The notes beneath the pieces are model-generated. The model made no database searches. It was not told the DNA's origin and worked only from the letters and a program-made list of their open reading frames with translations. From Clostridium sp. (lineage in GTDB: Bacteria; Bacteroidota; Bacteroidia; Bacteroidales; Muribaculaceae): DNA of 64,000 nucleotides. This document shows positions 10,242 to 23,086 of this stretch, in pieces. Position numbers and translations under genes: made by a program. The stretch is taken from positions 156,255-220,254 of the forward strand of contig JAMPGR010000001.1 of assembly GCA_023663805.1 (NCBI GenBank), read 5' to 3'. How positions within the stretch are numbered: the first letter of the stretch is position 1; every line of letters begins with the position of its first letter.

Positions 10242-11516
10242 TCAGCGCTTTTCGCGGGTCATGATCCCGATCATGCGCTGCAGGGCCTGACGGCAGGCGA
10301 CGCAGAACTCCGGCGCGGTATTGGTCTTCATACGGCAGTCTTCGGCGGCGCGCCAGACCCCGCGCGACGAATAGGCTCCCCCTTCGACCAGGGGTGGTTG
10401 TCCGGTCGCGGGATCAGTCAGGTTCTCCCATTTTCCTGAGAAGTTGACCAGGGTTGTCACGTTCGGTTCCCACGGTTCGATGTCGGTCGGGCATGTGTCC
10501 TCCATGACATCCCCCTCGTAGAAATACTCGTCGGCGAGGCCGCCGAAACTGTGGCCGAACTCGTGGACGACGACCGGACGGAACAGGTCGTGACGGGCCG
10601 CGGTCAAGGTATAATTGTTATAGATTCCGCCGCCGCCGTAGGTTTCGGTGTTGGCCAGGATGATAATATGCTCGGCGGGGATTCCGGCCAGGGCGCGGTG
10701 GAGGTCATGGAGCCGCGGGGTCGTCAGGTAGCGGTCGGAGTAGAAGGTGTCGAAATGGGATCGGAACGCCGTCGGGATCCATCGTCGCTCGGCCGGATTG
10801 CTGACTCCGGCGCTGTCGGAGGGGGTCATGACGGCGACGACGTTGAAGCGCGGGGCGAGTAGGGAGAACGGCTCGTGGGAAAAGAGGGCGTCGGTTGCTT
10901 CGCGGGCGTCGGCGAGGAAGAGATCCATCTGGTCGGCGCGGTATCCTTCGGCGAGGATCGCGATGTTGACGGGGGATTGCTCGGCCGTGTCGGCGCGGTG
11001 AAGCGCCACGAAGGGGAGGGGTGCGCGGCCGCAGAGATTCTCAATCAGCGGGTCGTCGGGGTTGAAGGTCCAGGCGAGGTCTGTCAGGGGCTGCCGGCGG
11101 TCGTCGAAGAAGGTGACGGAGACGGTCGCCGCACGGCGCGGCAGCGGAAGCGAAGCGGTAAATTCGAACGCGCCCGACTCCTCCTTCGATTCCGGAATGA
11201 CGAACCATTCGTTGAACAGCGTCGAGAAGGAGGCTCGGTAGAGGGTGTCGGAGGGATTGTAGCGGTCGGTCACTGTCAGACGGGCGTTTCCGCGAAGGGG
11301 CAGGTCGCGGAGATTGACACGGCGTCCGCCCCAGCGGTCGGAGACGAATGCGCGGTTGACGGCGACGAACGCGACGCCGCGGTTTGCGCCGACGGTGCAT
11401 TCGAGGCTCAGGGTCGAATCTCGGAACTCGGTTTCGAAGCCGGCGGCGACGGCTGTTGCCGCGGTCAGCAGTAGAACTGTCGGAAGAACGGAACGAAGGA
11501 GGCGGAGCATCATCAT
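10242..11516 (-). CDS. Peptidase family M64 (IgA-peptidase-like), secreted
   Basis: ILAEGY, FDTFYSDRYLTT, YGGGGIYN, zinc motif VVVHEFGHSFGGLADEY, C-terminal C.M...FC..C. Confidence 0.92.
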   Translation of the reverse strand: MMMLRLLRSVLPTVLLLTAATAVAAGFETEFRDSTLSLECTVGANRGVAFVAVNRAFVSDRWGGRRVNLRDLPLRGNARLTVTDRYNPSDTLYRASFSTLFNEWFVIPESKEESGAFEFTASLPLPRRAATVSVTFFDDRRQPLTDLAWTFNPDDPLIENLCGRAPLPFVALHRADTAEQSPVNIAILAEGYRADQMDLFLADAREATDALFSHEPFSLLAPRFNVVAVMTPSDSAGVSNPAERRWIPTAFRSHFDTFYSDRYLTTPRLHDLHRALAGIPAEHIIILANTETYGGGGIYNNYTLTAARHDLFRPVVVHEFGHSFGGLADEYFYEGDVMEDTCPTDIEPWEPNVTTLVNFSGKWENLTDPATGQPPLVEGGAYSSRGVWRAAEDCRMKTNTAPEFCVACRQALQRMIGIMTREKR

Positions 11517-12289
11517 CAGGGGTTCTGTTTTTTCGCGTGTTTGTCTTCGATTCCGAGGCCGAAGAGGGCGTAGTCGTAGAGAACGGGATCGTCGGGGCGG
11601 AATTCGCGGAGTTTCGCTGTCAGTTCGACCACGGCGCGGCGGTCGTTCGACCGGCGTGTCAGCAGGCCGAGGTCGCGGGCTGTGTTTCCGACGTGGACAT
11701 CGAGGGGGATGAACAACTGGTCGGGGCGGATCGCCTCCCAGACGCCGAGGTCGACGATTCCGTCGTCGCGCACGAGCCAGCGCAGGGCCATGTTCAGCCG
11801 CTTCAGTGCCGTCTGGTCGAGGTTTTGGGGGAGGCAGCGCGGATCGGGCTTTCCGCCGGCGGCTTCGGCTATCTCGTTGTTGATCAGCCGGGCGAGTTCC
11901 CAGGCGGGGAATTCGCTGTCGCCGACGCGGCGGGCGCGGGCGAAGTCGTTGAGCGAGTCGTGGCGGTCGTAGATCCGGGCGAGTCCGGCGAGGTAGTTGC
12001 GGAGGTTTGCGGCGAAGAATGTCCGGTGGATGTTCATCTCGTGGGGGAGATCTTCGAAGCCCCGGTCGCGGACATAGTCGAAGGGGGCGTGGTCCATCAG
12101 CGAGAGTATCTTCTCGCAGTTACGGCAGATCATCGCGCGGTTGCCCCAGGCGACGGTCGCCGAGAGGAGCGCGACGATCTCGATGTCGCGCAGGTCGGAG
12201 AACCGCCGTGGGAACTGAACGGGGTCGAGGTCGATGAACGACGGGGAGTTGATTCGGGCGGCGGCTTCGTCGAGGAGTTGTCGGATCAT
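11516..12289 (-). CDS. TIGR02757 family protein (HhH-GPD-like)
   Basis: FIDLDPVQFP, DIEI.A.L.A..AWGNR, KRLNMALRWLVR, PLDVHV and DPVLYDYALFG. One-base overlap with the M64 start. Confidence 0.9.
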   Translation of the reverse strand: MIRQLLDEAAARINSPSFIDLDPVQFPRRFSDLRDIEIVALLSATVAWGNRAMICRNCEKILSLMDHAPFDYVRDRGFEDLPHEMNIHRTFFAANLRNYLAGLARIYDRHDSLNDFARARRVGDSEFPAWELARLINNEIAEAAGGKPDPRCLPQNLDQTALKRLNMALRWLVRDDGIVDLGVWEAIRPDQLFIPLDVHVGNTARDLGLLTRRSNDRRAVVELTAKLREFRPDDPVLYDYALFGLGIEDKHAKKQNP

Positions 12290-12313
12290 GGCGGTATAAG
12301 CGGAGTTGAGACA

Positions 12314-12356
12314 CGAAAAAGGATGTTTTGCGGGTCAGGGGGTGCAAAACATCCTT
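12314..12356 (-). terminator. Terminator after the tRNA-Glu/rpsT/tRNA-Glu transcript
   Basis: 13-bp stem AAGGATGTTTTGC / GCAAAACATCCTT with a U-tract on the minus strand. Confidence 0.85.
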
Positions 12357-12386
12357 CTAAGAGGGGGAATGGAAGAAATTATAGGG

Positions 12387-12458
12387 TAGCCCATAGGAGA
12401 ATCGAACTCCTCTTTCAAGAATGAAAATCTTGCGTCCTAGCCGATAGACGAATGGGCC
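12387..12458 (-). tRNA. tRNA-Glu(TTC), copy 2
   Basis: Reverse complement GGCCCATTCGTCTATCGGCTAGGACGCAAGATTTTCATTCTTGAAAGAGGAGTTCGATTCTCCTATGGGCTA; cloverleaf with TTC anticodon. Confidence 0.97.
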
Positions 12459-12525
12459 AACACAAAACGCGTAACTCCGTTATGGCTCGGAATCGTCGCG
12501 TTATGGGGGTTCTGGCAAGTCCGGA

Positions 12526-12783
12526 TTAGAGGCCGAGCTTGTTGACGTGGAGCTGGAGTTTGCTCTTGAGGTTCGAGGCCTTGTTCTTGGAGATGGTCTT
12601 CTTCGAAGCAAGACGGTCGAGCATGGCTGTCAGCTTGACGAGGGCTTCAGCGGCCTGAGCCTTGTCTGTCATTTTACGGAGATTGCGGACGGCGTTGCGC
12701 GCAGTCTTGGCGTAGTAGCGGTTGCGCAGGCGGCGCGACTCGGTCTGACGGATTCTCTTCAGAGATGATTTATGATTTGCCAT
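12526..12783 (-). CDS. rpsT: 30S ribosomal protein S20
   Basis: [13 protein letters not shown]...RNRYYAKT...[11 protein letters not shown]. Confidence 0.98.
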   Translation of the reverse strand: MANHKSSLKRIRQTESRRLRNRYYAKTARNAVRNLRKMTDKAQAAEALVKLTAMLDRLASKKTISKNKASNLKSKLQLHVNKLGL

Positions 12784-12821
12784 TTATCAGATTTCTTAGA
12801 TACTTTTTTGTTTCTTTATTG

Positions 12822-12893
12822 TAGCCCATAGGAGAATCGAACTCCTCTTTCAAGAATGAAAATCTTGCGTCCTAGCCGATAGACGAATGGGCC
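12822..12893 (-). tRNA. tRNA-Glu(TTC), copy 1
   Basis: Identical 72-nt sequence to 12387-12458. Confidence 0.97.
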
Positions 12894-12921
12894 GTCGAGG
12901 CTGTATTGCCAAAAGCGATTG

Positions 12922-12952
12922 CAAAGTTACGCACCTTTTTTGAATTGACAAA
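12922..12952 (-). promoter_or_regulatory. Promoter for tRNA-Glu-rpsT-tRNA-Glu
   Basis: On the minus strand: TTTG (12952-12949), 19 nt, TAACTTTG (12929-12922). Confidence 0.8.
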
Positions 12953-13058
12953 ATATTTTTTCAAAAAAACGAAAAAATCCAATTTATGCCTCCCTGGCGG
13001 CCGCTCCGATAAGGGGCGTTTCGAAAATAATCGGTAATTTCGCGCAAGCGAATCCAAT

Positions 13059-13793
13059 ATGAAGCAGAAACTGACATTTATCGCCCTGAGGCCGACGCGC
13101 GTCGGAGACTCGTCGGTCATCGTCAACGCCTACTCGCTCGAGCAGGGGCGCATCGCCGTCATATCCCAGCTGCCGCGAGGGGCGCGCGGAGGGGCGCGGC
13201 GGACGGCGCTGATGGCGATGTCGGTCGTCGAGTGTCAGGGCGACCGCCGTCCGGGGCGCGAATTCTGGGAAATCTCCGAGCCGCGGACTCTGAGGCCGAT
13301 GGAGCCGGTCTATTCGAATCCCCTGAAGAACGCTGTCGTTCAGTTTCTGGCCGAACTGCTGACGCTTCTGCTGCGCGACCAGCCGGCCGACGAGCCGATG
13401 TTCTGCTTCATCGACCGCTCGGTCGGCGTTCTGGCCGGGTCGTCCGGGACTGCGGCTGCTAACTTCCACCTCGCTTTTCTGATCGGGCTCAGCCGCCACC
13501 TCGGGATCGAGCCCGACGAATCGACCTGGCGTCCGGGCCGGCGTTTCGTCATGCCCGAGGGAGTCTTCAAGGACGCGGTCGGCGCTCTGGCGAGCCGCGG
13601 GCCTGTATTGGAGGCCGGCGAGTCGGCGGCACTGGCTGTTCTGACGAGGATGACCTACCGGAACATGCATCTCTACCGGATGACGCGCGCCGAGCGCAAC
13701 GCCGCCCTCGACCGCGTCCTTGAGTACTACACGCTCCACTACGCCTCGCTAGCCTCGCTCAAGTCGCTTCAGATCCTCCGCGAACTGTTCTGA
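13059..13793 (+). CDS. recO: DNA repair protein RecO
   Basis: N-terminal OB fold (GDSSVIVNAYSLEQGR), NPLKNAVVQFLAELL, NFHLAFLIGLSRHLGIEP, LKSLQILRELF. Confidence 0.9.
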   Translation: MKQKLTFIALRPTRVGDSSVIVNAYSLEQGRIAVISQLPRGARGGARRTALMAMSVVECQGDRRPGREFWEISEPRTLRPMEPVYSNPLKNAVVQFLAELLTLLLRDQPADEPMFCFIDRSVGVLAGSSGTAAANFHLAFLIGLSRHLGIEPDESTWRPGRRFVMPEGVFKDAVGALASRGPVLEAGESAALAVLTRMTYRNMHLYRMTRAERNAALDRVLEYYTLHYASLASLKSLQILRELF

Positions 13794-13802
13794 CCGCGCC
13801 CC

Positions 13803-14651
13803 TCACCCGAGTCGCGAGGAGATGTAGCGGGGGACGGCGTCGAGGATGTTGGCCTCGATCACGCGGTCGGCGGCGCGGCGGACTTCGTCGAAGGCGTTGG
13901 CGACGGCGACGGCGCAGTCGGCGCAGCGCATCATCTCGAGGTCGTTCAGGTTGTCGCCGAAGACCGTGACGGAGGTCGCGCCGGTCACGGTGCGGAGCCG
14001 GTCGACGGCGGCACCTTTCGAGACGCCGGGGGCGAAGATCTCGAGCAGGGCTGTCTCGCGGTTGAAGATGTCGCGGTAGGCCGAGATGCTGCAGGGGGTT
14101 GTCCGGCGCAGTTGTCCGGCACAGGCCATGATCTGCTCTGCCGGGCCGGTCGCGAAGAAAAGGACAGTGTTGTCGGGCGGAGTTCCGCAACGGCCGGCGG
14201 CGCAGTGGAACCGTTTCAGCGGTAGCCGCGAGCGCTCCGCCGCGAAGTTCTCTTCGCGGCGGGTCATCGGCCCGTAATGGGTCATGTCGAGGACGTGCGA
14301 GCCCGGGGCAAGGGTGTAGACGAAGGGGCTGATCCGGGAGGTCTCGCAGACCTCCATGATACGGGCGGTCAGGGCGGGGTCGACATACCGGACATCGGCG
14401 TAGCGCTTCAGCCGGGGATCCCAGAGGGCGGCTCCGGTCATGACGATCATCGGCAGACGCCATCCGATTCCTTCCATCAGACGGTCGACGGTCGCGGGCG
14501 TACGGGCTGTCGCGATGGTTATCATCGCGCCGCGGCCGAGCAGGTCGTTCAGAATCGCGGCCGAGCGGTCGCTGACGCGCGACTCGGAGTTCAGGAGTGT
14601 CCCGTCGAGGTCGGTTATGAACAGGGGCTTTCGGTCTTGGGTTTCAGTCAT
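13803..14651 (-). CDS. Cof-type HAD-IIB hydrolase
   Basis: ITDLDGTLLN, IATAR, GVSKG, VFGDNLNDLEM and AVANA motifs. Confidence 0.93.
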   Translation of the reverse strand: MTETQDRKPLFITDLDGTLLNSESRVSDRSAAILNDLLGRGAMITIATARTPATVDRLMEGIGWRLPMIVMTGAALWDPRLKRYADVRYVDPALTARIMEVCETSRISPFVYTLAPGSHVLDMTHYGPMTRREENFAAERSRLPLKRFHCAAGRCGTPPDNTVLFFATGPAEQIMACAGQLRRTTPCSISAYRDIFNRETALLEIFAPGVSKGAAVDRLRTVTGATSVTVFGDNLNDLEMMRCADCAVAVANAFDEVRRAADRVIEANILDAVPRYISSRLG

Positions 14652-14674
14652 GGTGGGGGGATGTGTCGGACAAT

Positions 14675-15919
14675 TCAGTTAGTCGGGTTGTAGTCGTCCC
14701 CGGGGCGGGCCGGGGCGACGGGGAGTTCGATCCGGAATGTCGTTCCGACGCCGGGGGCGGACGATTTAACGAAGATGCGGCCGTCGTGGTATTGCTCGAT
14801 GATTCGTTTGGCGAGGGTCAGTCCGAGGCCCCATCCGCGCTTTTTCGTCGTGAAGCCAGGGTTGAAGACATTCTTGAAATTTTTTCGGGAGAGGCCTTTC
14901 CCGGTGTCGGCGACCTCGACGACGGCGAGCGTCCGTTCCGGGCGGGAGATCGTGACGGTTATCGAACCGGCGCCGGAGGGCATCGCGTCGACGGCGTTCT
15001 TGATCAGATTCTCCATGACCCACTGGAAAAGGGGTTCGCAGAGGAGGACGTCGATCGGTTCGGCAGCGGGGTGGCAGAGGAGGGTGATGCGGCTCGAGAT
15101 ACGCGTCGCCATATAGTCTGTACACTGGCTGACGGCGTGGTTCAGCTCGGTCGTTTCGAGATTCGGGCGGGAGCCGATTTTCGAGAAGCGGGAGGCGATT
15201 GTCGACAGGCGCATGACATCCTTCTGCATTTCGCCGACGATCTCGCGGCCGACCCCTTCGTCGGGGAGGAGTTCCATCCACGCCATCAGTGACGATATCG
15301 GCGTTCCGAGCTGGTGGGCAGTCTCTTTCGACAATCCGACCCAGACCTTGTTCTGCTCGGCTCGTTTGGTCGAACTGACGGCGAAATAGACGATCATTAT
15401 GAAGGCGATCATGACGACCAGCTGGATATAGGGGTAGTAGCCGAGACGCCGGAGCAGTTTCGAGTCCTCGTAGTAGAGGTGCTGCATGTTGTCGGGGGCG
15501 ATGATGATATGGATGACGTTCGGGGTGTTGCGGAGATGGTCGAGTTTGTCGAGGAGGAAGAGCTCGTTTGCGCGGCTGATGTAGAGGGGGGCGGCTGAGT
15601 CAACCGGTTCGGGGAGGTCGAAGTTGCGGTGGCTGATGATGTTCCCTTCGTCGTCGGTCAGCAGGACGGGGATGGTCCGGTTGTCCTGGATGATTCCGAG
15701 GAGGAATTCGAGGTCCATGGCTCCGCCGCCGTCGGGGCCGGCGTTTTCGAGGTTGACAATCTCTTTTGTCGCGTTGGCCCAGATCTGCATCCGGGATCGT
15801 TCCTGCATGGCGAGGTCTTTGACGATGTTGTTGGAGTAGTAGATGAAAAATCCAACGACCGTCACCGAAACAGCCAGAAACAGGATGACGCCGAAGCGCC
15901 GCAGGTCATATATATTCAT
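14675..15919 (-). CDS. Orphan membrane sensor histidine kinase (PorY-like architecture)
   Basis: Two TM helices; H-box KETAHQLGTPISSL; N-box ENLIKNAVDA; G boxes DTGKG and GWGLGL. No adjacent response regulator. Confidence 0.88.
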   Translation of the reverse strand: MNIYDLRRFGVILFLAVSVTVVGFFIYYSNNIVKDLAMQERSRMQIWANATKEIVNLENAGPDGGGAMDLEFLLGIIQDNRTIPVLLTDDEGNIISHRNFDLPEPVDSAAPLYISRANELFLLDKLDHLRNTPNVIHIIIAPDNMQHLYYEDSKLLRRLGYYPYIQLVVMIAFIMIVYFAVSSTKRAEQNKVWVGLSKETAHQLGTPISSLMAWMELLPDEGVGREIVGEMQKDVMRLSTIASRFSKIGSRPNLETTELNHAVSQCTDYMATRISSRITLLCHPAAEPIDVLLCEPLFQWVMENLIKNAVDAMPSGAGSITVTISRPERTLAVVEVADTGKGLSRKNFKNVFNPGFTTKKRGWGLGLTLAKRIIEQYHDGRIFVKSSAPGVGTTFRIELPVAPARPGDDYNPTN

Positions 15920-16026
15920 AAGGCGTCAGAGGGGTGTGACAAAAAGATAACGCACCGACAGCACGGAATATTGCTTGTCGCGAAAATTCTGTATATTTGC
16001 AGTCAGAAACAAAACGAGTAAACGAT

Positions 16027-16671
16027 ATGAAGAAAATCATTTTGGCCGCCTGCGCGGCCCTGACCCTCGGGGCATGCTCCCCGAACCAGACCGAAACCGT
16101 CGGGAATAGCGCCGCAGAGGCGTCTGATTCCCCGCTTTCGAATTCCGTTGTCGAGACAATCATGAGCCGCCGGAGCGTGCGCGCCTACGATCCTGTGCCG
16201 GTCGGGCGCGACACGATGGATGTCATCATCCGCTGCGGGCTCAACGCTCCGAACGCGATGAATGCCCAGAAATGGGCCGTCAGAGTTGTCGACAACCAGA
16301 CTCTGCTCGACTCGATGACTGCGGCTTTCGTCGCTGACAAACCCGAAATGGCAGAGGATCCAGGTTTCCGGAATATGTTCCGAAATGCCCCGACTGTCGC
16401 CTTCATCGCCGCTCCGGCCGGAGCATATTCCGGAGTCGACTGCGGACTGCTCGGCGAAAATATGATTCTGTCGGCATGGTCCTTTGGAATCGGATCCTGC
16501 TGTCTCGGCGGCCCGGTCCGGTTTATCAACTCCGAAGAGGGTGCGCCGTTTCTATCGCGCCTCGGATTCCCCGAAGGGTATGAACTGATCTATGCGATCG
16601 GTTTCGGACACCCGGCCGAGTCGCCCGAAGCGAAACCTCGCGACCTGACAAAAGGATCGTATGTCGACTGA
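16027..16671 (+). CDS. Nitroreductase-family flavoprotein with lipoprotein signal
   Basis: MKKIILAACAALTLGAC lipobox; IMSRRSVRAY, APNAMNAQKW, DCGLLGENMILSAWSFGIGSC. Confidence 0.9.
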   Translation: MKKIILAACAALTLGACSPNQTETVGNSAAEASDSPLSNSVVETIMSRRSVRAYDPVPVGRDTMDVIIRCGLNAPNAMNAQKWAVRVVDNQTLLDSMTAAFVADKPEMAEDPGFRNMFRNAPTVAFIAAPAGAYSGVDCGLLGENMILSAWSFGIGSCCLGGPVRFINSEEGAPFLSRLGFPEGYELIYAIGFGHPAESPEAKPRDLTKGSYVD

Positions 16672-17302
16672 CCTGACAGACACTGTCCTGATCGATCTCC
16701 TGCGCGAGGCTGAGTCGCTTACCCGCCGAGGGATGACTGACGAATCGGTCGCGCTTTCGGGGGAGATACTCGCCCGGACGGTCTCCAGACTCGATGACAG
16801 CGACGGTCACGATCCGTCGCTGTCGGAATGGGTGGCCGAGGCCGGCGTTGTCCATCGGAGGGCTCTGTCGGCGGCCGGTCTCGGTGGGGAGTCGATAAGG
16901 ACGGCAGTCGCCTTGTTAATGCGGTTGGTATCGACCGGAGCGGACACAATACGGCTGGCAGTCGCCCGACATGCGCTGCTCAGCGAGACCTTGAGGGAAC
17001 TGACCGCATATGTTCGACGCTGCGAAGGGGAGGATTCCCCTGCCGAAGTCCGCGACCACTATACGCTCGCTTTCTATTATCTGACCTCGCTTCTCTATGC
17101 CGACTACCGCCGGATCTGCGCCGAAGACCCCGACAACTTTCTTCTGCCGGCGGTCTATCTCCAGTTGCGCCAACTGAAGGAGGAGGGAATCCCCCCGTCG
17201 TGGCCTACAGTCAGAGTTTGCGGACGCGAAATCCCATCAGACTGTCCGTCGGAGATCTATGGCGACCTGATTGGACGTCTCCGCGCGGTTATGAGAGACT
17301 GA
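16661..17302 (+). CDS. Hypothetical alpha-helical protein
   Basis: 213-aa ORF overlapping the nitroreductase stop by 11 nt and ending at the convergent aminotransferase; no recognisable motif. Confidence 0.55.
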   Translation: MSTDLTDTVLIDLLREAESLTRRGMTDESVALSGEILARTVSRLDDSDGHDPSLSEWVAEAGVVHRRALSAAGLGGESIRTAVALLMRLVSTGADTIRLAVARHALLSETLRELTAYVRRCEGEDSPAEVRDHYTLAFYYLTSLLYADYRRICAEDPDNFLLPAVYLQLRQLKEEGIPPSWPTVRVCGREIPSDCPSEIYGDLIGRLRAVMRD

Positions 17303-17305
17303 GCA

Positions 17306-18412
17306 CTACCCTTCCCAGGCGTTGACGAGGCGGATGACCTCGCGGACCTCGTTGTCGTCGATGACCGGCGAAATCGGGAGCGACAGTTCCTGCGCGGCGA
17401 TACGCTCGGTTATCGGGAGACTCAGGCTGCTGAGTTCTCGGTAGCACTCCTGGCGGTGTGGCGGAACCGGGTAGTGGATTATTGTCTGGATGCCGTTGTC
17501 GGAGAGATATTTCTGAAACTGGTCGCGCCGTAGTGTCATGACCGGAAAGATATGGAAGACGTTGGCGTCGCGGTCGGGAACACGGGGAAGTGTGATGGCC
17601 GGATTGACGATTCCGTCGATATACATCCGGGCGACATCCTTGCGGCGGTCGTTGTCGGCGTCGAGAAATTTCAGTTTCGCGTCGAGGACAGCCGCCTGAA
17701 TTTCGTCGAGGCGGGAGTTGCGGCCCCGGTAGCGGAAGACATATTTCCGGGTCGAGCCGTAGTTTGCGAGCGAGCGGACAGTCCGGGCGAGATCAGGGTC
17801 GTCGGTCGTGACGGCTCCGGCGTCGCCGAGAGCGCCGAGATTTTTCCCGGGGTAGAAACTGTGGCCGGCGGCGTCGCCGAGCGAGCCTGTCCGGCGGCGT
17901 CCCTCGAAAAGGCATCCGTGGGCCTGGGCGTTGTCCTCGACCAGGCGCAGCCCGTGGCGGCGGCAGATATCGCTGATCTGGCCGGTGTAGGCACACTGGC
18001 CGTAGAGATGAACAATCAGCAGGGCGCGTGTACGCGGCGTGACGGCCTCTTCGATCCTGGAGGGATCGATCTGGAAGGTCAGCGGGTCGGGTTCAACCAG
18101 GACCGGGACGAGTCCGTTCTCGGAGATTGCGAGAATCGAGGCGATAAAGGTGTTGGCCGGGACGATTACCTCGTCGCCCGGGCTCATGACCCCCATTTCG
18201 ATGTAGGCGCGGAAGATCCAGATCAGGGCGTCGAGGCCGTTGCCACAACCGACAGCCTCGCTGCAGCCGATATACCGGGCATAGTTTTTTTCGAAGCGTT
18301 CGTTCTCCTCCCCCTGGAGATACCATCCCGAGGTGGTCACGCGGGCGACCGCGCGGTCGATTTCGCGGGCGTGGGAGGCGGTCACTTTCTGCAGGTCGAG
18401 AAATTTAATCAT
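17306..18412 (-). CDS. DegT/DnrJ/EryC1/StrS PLP aminotransferase (FdtB-like)
   Basis: [41 protein letters not shown] and [10 protein letters not shown]. Confidence 0.93.
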   Translation of the reverse strand: MIKFLDLQKVTASHAREIDRAVARVTTSGWYLQGEENERFEKNYARYIGCSEAVGCGNGLDALIWIFRAYIEMGVMSPGDEVIVPANTFIASILAISENGLVPVLVEPDPLTFQIDPSRIEEAVTPRTRALLIVHLYGQCAYTGQISDICRRHGLRLVEDNAQAHGCLFEGRRRTGSLGDAAGHSFYPGKNLGALGDAGAVTTDDPDLARTVRSLANYGSTRKYVFRYRGRNSRLDEIQAAVLDAKLKFLDADNDRRKDVARMYIDGIVNPAITLPRVPDRDANVFHIFPVMTLRRDQFQKYLSDNGIQTIIHYPVPPHRQECYRELSSLSLPITERIAAQELSLPISPVIDDNEVREVIRLVNAWEG

Positions 18413-18843
18413 TGTCGGCGGTATTTAAGGAAGTCATCGTAGTCGCGGATATAGTCATCCTCGGAGTAGCATTCCGAGGCGAGCACCATACAGACCGATC
18501 CCGAGGAGAAATCGTCGAGCGTACGCCATATTCCGGGGACGACGAGCAGCCCCTGGTAGGGGCGGTTCAGGAAGAATGTCCGTTTGACTTCGCCGTCGTC
18601 AAGCGTCACGGTGAAAGATCCCGAGACGGCGACAATCAACTGATATAGACGGCGGTGGGCGTGTCCGCCGCGTGATTCGCCGCCGGGGATGTCGTAGAGG
18701 TAGTAGACACGGCGTATGTCGATCGGGAGCGACCTGCGGTTTTCGACTACCGTCAGGTTGCCCTTCCGGTCGCTGTGGTGTCGGTCGAACTCGATGATAG
18801 AGCAGTCGAAGACTTTTCCTTTCGTGTTATCGGAGTTGTCCAT
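18409..18843 (-). CDS. FdtA/QdtA-like sugar 3,4-ketoisomerase (cupin)
   Basis: [31 protein letters not shown] and VVPGIWR. Confidence 0.9.
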   Translation of the reverse strand: MDNSDNTKGKVFDCSIIEFDRHHSDRKGNLTVVENRRSLPIDIRRVYYLYDIPGGESRGGHAHRRLYQLIVAVSGSFTVTLDDGEVKRTFFLNRPYQGLLVVPGIWRTLDDFSSGSVCMVLASECYSEDDYIRDYDDFLKYRRQ

Positions 18844-19243
18844 TACGATAAAGATTTATGAATTCGTCGCGGTCGCGGATATAGTCGGCCTCGTCATAGG
18901 GGGTCGAACTGAGGATCATGACGACCGAGTTTGTCGAGAAGTTTGTCATCTCGCGCCAGCAGCCACGGGGGACATAGAGGCCGTAGTAGGAGCGGGTCAG
19001 GCTGAAAGTGCACGGTCCGGTTCCGTCGTCGACCGAGATGTCGACGCCGCCTGAAAGAGCAACGATAAACTCCTCGCCGCGGCGGTAGGCGTGACCGCCT
19101 CGCGATTCGCCGCCGGGGACATCGTAGATCCAGTAGGTCCGGCGGATTTCGAAGGGGATGTGGTTTCGCTGCTCGATGAACGAGAGATTTCCGCGGCCGT
19201 CGAGAATCTTTGGCAGTTCGATTATCCGTGCTTTACAATTCAT
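18827..19243 (-). CDS. FdtA/QdtA-like cupin, variant GHAY motif
   Basis: [36 protein letters not shown] and YVPRGCWR. Confidence 0.88.
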   Translation of the reverse strand: MNCKARIIELPKILDGRGNLSFIEQRNHIPFEIRRTYWIYDVPGGESRGGHAYRRGEEFIVALSGGVDISVDDGTGPCTFSLTRSYYGLYVPRGCWREMTNFSTNSVVMILSSTPYDEADYIRDRDEFINLYRNGQLR

Positions 19244-19343
19244 AATTCATAATTCGTGGTTCATAAAGCATAATTAGTAAAGCAAAATGCATAATTCATA
19301 ATCTCGGGATAATTATGAATTATGCATTATGCATTATGAATTT
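19237..19343. repeat. AT-rich heptamer (CATAATT/AATTATG) arrays in inverted arrangement
   Basis: CAATTCATAATTCATAATT...ATGCATAATTCATAAT-(9 nt)-ATTATGAATTATGCAT...; perfect 16-bp stem 19287-19302 / 19312-19327. Confidence 0.85.
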
Positions 19344-19344
19344 A

Positions 19345-22920
<3,576 letters not shown>

Positions 22921-23028
22921 TTATGGTATTAAAATGGTTTTATTCAGAGTTTATTTACAAAGTTACGAAAAAAACGGGAAATTGGGGAAGCAGTTAACAA
23001 AATTTACGGGCAGTAATCGGAAATAAAC

Positions 23029-23066
23029 AAAAAAGAGTCTCAGTCCCGGTTCCGGGGCTGAGACTC
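23029..23066 (-). terminator. Terminator after skp
   Basis: Stem GAGTCTCAGTCCCGG / CCGGGGCTGAGACTC with an A-run on the plus strand (U-tract on minus). Confidence 0.85.
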
Positions 23067-23086
23067 CGCGTCTATATGGATCTTTT

